Of a stretch of 64,000 nt of DNA, positions 59,778 to 64,000 are shown in pieces. The number at the start of each line of letters is the position of its first letter. Position 1 is the first letter of the stretch. The notes beneath the pieces were generated by a model, which searched no databases, was not told where the DNA came from, and worked only from the letters and a program-made list of their open reading frames with translations. The stretch is from Candidatus Latescibacterota bacterium (lineage in GTDB: Bacteria; Latescibacterota; UBA2968; UBA8231): NCBI GenBank assembly GCA_963422735.1, contig OY730476.1, positions 4,832,001 through 4,896,000 of the forward strand. Direction: 5' to 3'. The translations under genes were made by a program, and so were the position numbers.

Positions 59778-59890
59778 ACGAGTACGAATTACCTTCCCGA
59801 CAGGCCCGTCGCTACTGTCCGCTGATGATACAGAGGTGTCCGCTGGCGTACACCGGAGAGCGGCTTCTGCGTCTGCTGAGGCTGTCCGCC
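59778..59890. promoter_or_regulatory. Enhancer cassette 3 (promoter part deleted)
   Basis: TGTCCGCTGATGATACA at 59816 and TGTCCGCTGGCGTACA at 59837, followed by CCGGAGAGCGGCTTC..GTCTGCTGAGGC. Confidence 0.75.
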
Positions 59891-60027
59891 ATTATCGGTC
59901 GCGTACGCCCACAGCCGCGCGCCCTAGGCTCTATGGGATGTGTACGCCAACACTCTGAACAGGAGACAACACCCTGCTAGATTTATTGACTTTAGGGTAC
60001 GGACTGGTTATCAGTCTATCAGACAGA

Positions 60028-60096
60028 ATGAGTCGAATTGCCATCCTCGCCGGCCCAGTGCTACTATCCGCTGGTGATACCCTACCGTCCGCTGGC
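60028..60096. promoter_or_regulatory. Degenerate enhancer cassette 4
   Basis: ATGAGTCGAAT...CTACTATCCGCTGGTGATACCCTACCGTCCGCTGGC. Confidence 0.6.
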
Positions 60097-60181
60097 TTTG
60101 GAGGATGGTTAGCGAGAGCTAATGCCCGGATATGATGTTGCTAATGAACCGGAACTACTATATCGTATCAGGATATCGCGG

Positions 60182-60346
60182 GTGAGGCATCCAAAGAAGG
60201 AAATTGAGGAGGTGCTAGTAAGCGCAGAATCGGTAGGATGGACGGTCACGACTACAAAATCTGGTCATCGGTGGGGTGTGATGCGATGTGCGGAATCCAG
60301 TCGTCCAGGATGTCAGTACTCTATCTGGTCCACACTTGGTGCGTAA
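60182..60346 (+). pseudogene. Truncated HicA-like toxin
   Basis: HPKKEIEEVL..AESVGW...GHRWG...C...C.YSIWST, then an early stop. Confidence 0.5.
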
Positions 60347-60383
60347 ATGCCCGCACAGGAGTAAGCCGTAAGGAGAACGCGAG

Positions 60384-60728
60384 ATGCAAATCTACCACTT
60401 TACGCCGATTGTCGAGGGGCCCGACATGCAGGATGAGGTCGTGATCGATGCGCTCTTCGAGAATGGCTGTGACGACGGAACGGTCGGCCGATCAGATGAT
60501 GTTCAGTTTATCGTTTTCGACCGCGAAGCGGCGAGTCTTGTCGAGGCGGTGCGGTCGGCGATCGACGACATTGAGCTAAAGGTCGTTCAGACTGCCGGCA
60601 CCGACTTGACTTCCAGTTGCGGCCTTACGGATCGCATCGAAGCAGAGCATTCCGAGATACATCGGTTCATAGCATCTACTAATGCGACCAGCGAAAAAAA
60701 GACGACCGGTGCCTCTGTGGAACACTAG
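60384..60728 (+). CDS. Putative antitoxin/DNA-binding protein (HicB-like N-domain), C-terminus probably decayed
   Basis: DALFENGCDDGT...FDREAASLVEAVRSAIDDIE; AAGGAG RBS. Confidence 0.5.
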   Translation: MQIYHFTPIVEGPDMQDEVVIDALFENGCDDGTVGRSDDVQFIVFDREAASLVEAVRSAIDDIELKVVQTAGTDLTSSCGLTDRIEAEHSEIHRFIASTNATSEKKTTGASVEH

Positions 60729-60851
60729 GCCGAGTTCAAGCCTTCGACCGGGCCGATCTATTGTACAAATCTGTCAATCGCAGCGAACGAATCAACTCCT
60801 TAGCCGGCCCAGCACTACGGCCTGTCGGCGATATACCGGAGAGCAGCTCCC

Positions 60852-62227
60852 ATGTCTGCTGAGGCCGCCCGCATCCTCGTCGTGGACGACGACCAAGACA
60901 TCCTCGTCGCCGTACGCTTGCTCCTCAAGCAGCAGGGCTACCAAGTCCGCACCGAGACCGATCCCCAGGCCATTCCGAGTGCCCTCAAGCAGGAGTCGCC
61001 GGCAGTCGTCCTCCTCGACATGAACTTCACTCAAGAGGCAACCAGCGGCCGGGAGGGCTTCTACTGGCTCCAGCAAGTTCGCGAGCTGGACCCGACCGCC
61101 GTCGTCTTGCTGATCACCGCATACGGCGATGTCGAGATGGCCGTGCGCGCCATCAAGGAGGGGGCCGTCGATTTTGTGCTCAAACCCTGGCAAAACGAGA
61201 AGCTGCTGGCCACGCTGTCCGCGGCCATGGAATTGCACCGCTCGCGCCGGGAAGCCCACCGCCTGCGCTCCCGCCAGCAGCGGCTGTCCGCGGACCTCGA
61301 CCAGCCCTTTGGCGACCTCATCGGCGAGGCCCCAGTCCTACAGGAGGTTTTCCAGGCGACGGTCAAGGTGGCCGCCACCGACGCCAGCGTCCTCATCCTC
61401 GGCGAGAACGGCACGGGCAAAGAGCTGGTGGCGCGCGAGATACACCGCCGCTCGGCGCGCACCGGCGAAGTCTTCATCGCCGTCGATATGGGATCCCTGA
61501 GCGAGACCCTGTTTGAGAGCGAACTCTTCGGCCACGTCAAAGGGGCCTTCACCGACGCCCGCAGCGACCGCGCTGGCCGCTTTGAAATTGCCTCCGGGGG
61601 CACCCTGTTCCTCGACGAGATTGGCAACCTGCCCCTAGCCTTGCAAGTCAAGCTGCTCGCGGCCCTGCAAAACCAGCAGGTCGTCCGCGTCGGTGCCAAC
61701 CAACCCGTGCCCGTGGATGTGCGCCTTATATGCGCCACCAACCAACCCATCCACGAAATGGCCACAGCCGGCACCTTCCGCCAAGACCTCCTCTACCGCA
61801 TCAACACCGTGGAAATCCACCTGCCCCCCTGCGCGAGCGCCCCGAGGATATCGCGCTGTTGGCGCGTCACTTCCTCGACTTATACCGGACCAAGTACCGC
61901 AAGGCCCTGACCGGCCTGGCCGCCGAGACCCTCGCCCACTTGCGCGCATACGCTTGGCCGGGCAATGTGCGAGAATTGCAGCACGCAGTGGAGCGCGCCG
62001 TCATCATGAGCGAAGGGAACCGACTGACTGCCGACGATTTTCCCCTGACCGCGGCCCCAGCGTCTGGAGAAGCTATCGGCTTTGACAGCTATAACCTCGA
62101 AGACGTTGAGCGCGAGGTCATCGCTCGGGTGCTGCACAAGCGGCAAGGCAACGTCAGCCAAACCGCACGGGAACTCGGACTGACTCGCACGGCCCCCTAC
62201 CGCCGCATGGAGAAATATGGACTGTGA
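60852..62227 (+). CDS. Sigma-54-dependent NtrC/Fis-family response regulator; 1-nt frameshift in the C-run at ~61824-61829
   Basis: REC domain (VVDDD, LLDMN, KPW), GENGTGKE, ESELFGHVKGAFTDA, LFLDEIG, FRQDLLYR, then WPGNVRELQH and a Fis HTH in the next frame. Confidence 0.92.
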
Positions 62228-62440
62228 GAAGCCTTCCCGGTGGGAAGCAACAGCCCTTGGAGGTAGAAATCGCACGTCCGAACTTTTTAGCGGAACTCGC
62301 CCTCTTTCTATTCGGCAGATCGGGGCATTGAGAGTACATTTGGGCATTCCAGCGGATTTACTGCTGGGCCTTTCAGCGTAATCAACGGCTGCAACTCGAA
62401 AATCCCGCACAGTCCTCTACCGCCGCATGGAGAAATATGG
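62197..62440 (+). repeat. 24-bp direct repeat (3' end of the regulator gene) flanking ~196 bp
   Basis: CTACCGCCGCATGGAGAAATATGG at 62197 and 62417. Confidence 0.9.
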
Positions 62441-63801
62441 CCTTTAAGGGCGTTCTACATCGCCTAATACAAGGCGCTCGCGCCTTCCGCACGCGGGTCG
62501 TGCTGCGCGTTGTTTTTCTTGGCATCACCTTGTGGCTGCTGCTTTACATCATAATAGCAAAAGGAATAAACCATCCGGCTGTTCTCATCGTCGTCGGCCT
62601 CGTCCTGCTCTACCAACTCTACGCCCTCGTGCATTACGTCGAGCGCACCAATCGCGATCTAGTGCGCTTTTTGAACGCCATCCGCTACGCCGATTTCTCG
62701 CAGACCTTTGTCTCCGGTGGCTTTGGCTCCTCTTTCGACGAACTCAAAACCGCGTTCAACGAGGTCCTTGACGCCTTTCGCCAAGCGCGGGCCGAAAAGG
62801 AAGAACAAGCGCGCTACCTGCAAACCGTGGTGCAGCACATTGGCGTCGGCTTGATCGCGTTCGACAACGCTGGCGAGGTGTCGCTGATCAACAACGCGGC
62901 TAAGCGCCTTTTTAGGGTGCCCCGCCTCGGCCACATCGCCGACCTCGACCGCGTCAATCCCATCCTAGCCACCACCCTACGAAGCCTCGGTCCCCGGGAC
63001 CGCGATCTAGTGAGTTTGGAAGAGGTCCGACTCGCCCTGCACGCATCGGTGTTCCGTCTAGGCGACCGCAAGCACACCCTAGTAGCACTCTACGACATTG
63101 GCCCCGATCTCGACGAAAAGGAAATGGAGGCTTGGCAAAACCTGATCCGCGTACTCACCCACGAGATCATGAATTCCATCACCCCCATCGCTTCGCTGGC
63201 TGCCACCGCGGATGGAATGCTAAAAGACGACGCCCTCGATGCCGAAACCACCGAAGACGTCCGCATCGCGGTGAGCACCATCCAGCGCCGCAGCGAGGGC
63301 CTGCTGCACTTTGTCGAGGCCTACCGCGACCTCACCCGCGTACCAGCGCCCTCCTTTGGGATTGTCTCGGTGGCCGGTCTGTTCGCCCGAGTGGAACAGC
63401 TACTGCGGCCCCAGTTCGCCGAGTCCGCGGTCGAGTTGTACATCCAAGTCGATCCACCCAGCCTCGAACTGACCGCCGACCCCGAGCAAGTCGAGCAGAT
63501 TCTCATCAATCTATTGAGTAATGCCCGCGAAGCCACCGCCGGCTGCGCCGGAGCCCGCGTTGATTTGACCGCTCATCTAGAGCACGACAAGGTCGTCGTC
63601 GAGGTCGCGGACAATGGGTCCGGCATCGTCGAAGAAGCACTCGGCAAGGTGTTCATTCCCTTTTTCACGACCAAGCGGGACGGCTCCGGCATTGGGCTGA
63701 GCCTGTGCCGCCAGATCATGCGGCTCCACCGAGGGTCCATCTCCGCTCGCTCGGAGCCGGGGGTGCGGACGGTATTTGCCTTGCGGTTTAGAAAGGATTA
63801 G
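62437..63801 (+). CDS. NtrY-like sensor histidine kinase (2 TM, PAS, HisKA, HATPase)
   Basis: LTHEIMNS, QILINLLSNA, DNGSG, FIPFFTTK..GSGIGL. Confidence 0.93.
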   Translation: MAFKGVLHRLIQGARAFRTRVVLRVVFLGITLWLLLYIIIAKGINHPAVLIVVGLVLLYQLYALVHYVERTNRDLVRFLNAIRYADFSQTFVSGGFGSSFDELKTAFNEVLDAFRQARAEKEEQARYLQTVVQHIGVGLIAFDNAGEVSLINNAAKRLFRVPRLGHIADLDRVNPILATTLRSLGPRDRDLVSLEEVRLALHASVFRLGDRKHTLVALYDIGPDLDEKEMEAWQNLIRVLTHEIMNSITPIASLAATADGMLKDDALDAETTEDVRIAVSTIQRRSEGLLHFVEAYRDLTRVPAPSFGIVSVAGLFARVEQLLRPQFAESAVELYIQVDPPSLELTADPEQVEQILINLLSNAREATAGCAGARVDLTAHLEHDKVVVEVADNGSGIVEEALGKVFIPFFTTKRDGSGIGLSLCRQIMRLHRGSISARSEPGVRTVFALRFRKD

Positions 63802-64000
63802 CGAGTGTGGTCGTAGAGTATTGTAGTTCTACTTCGCTGCGAATTGACCGTTGGATTATGGGCGAGGATATCGGAGAGTATCAGTTAGTCTGGTTCTCGA
63901 CCGTCGCCATTGGGTCCCTAGGCTGATAGCACTCGACCTTGATCCGGGATCCGGCATTCGCCTCTGCGCGCTTGCGCCAAATCGTACGAGATCTGCTAAC

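Overview
GC-rich bacterial DNA. The gene repertoire resembles Latescibacterota/Poribacteria-type (FCB-related, often sponge-associated) genomes: three PhyH dioxygenases, a DUF6785-type membrane protein, FlgD-Ig-tailed and WGxIK-tailed secreted proteins. This taxonomic placement is inference. Two multi-gene systems stand out. (1) 13.2-35.5 kb is a co-oriented cell-envelope locus: a PPIase lipoprotein, three paralogous secreted proteins with FlgD-Ig/NPFTPNGD tails all ending in VAY, two paralogous ~880-aa putative outer-membrane beta-barrels with an Asp/Asn-rich insert, a membrane+TPR protein, two tandem WGRIK-tailed proteins, PhyH and a sugar ABC importer. It may be a non-SusCD uptake or surface system. 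(2) 43.2-63.8 kb is an island built around an NtrC-family regulator, a histidine kinase and a MacAB/FtsX-type exporter. One enhancer/IHF/sigma-54 promoter cassette has been copied 4-5 times in it. One intact copy drives an unannotated 58-aa basic-leader, Cys/Ser/Thr/Tyr-rich peptide gene that sits among an acyl carrier protein, a protein kinase, an ABC exporter, an alpha/beta-hydrolase pair, glycosyltransferases, a deacetylase and an FAD enzyme. This is a candidate new modified-peptide or glyco-acyl pathway, now partly decayed. Also present: a low-GC type II RM pair, decayed TA modules, a tnpB remnant, GTAG-REPs at deletion junctions, heptamer arrays, a dispersed ~140-bp element, many homopolymer frameshifts (possibly assembly errors) and an apparent CC(A/T)->CT(A/T) mutational signature. 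No rRNA, tRNA or CRISPR array was seen. All family assignments come from motif recognition by eye; no database search was run.
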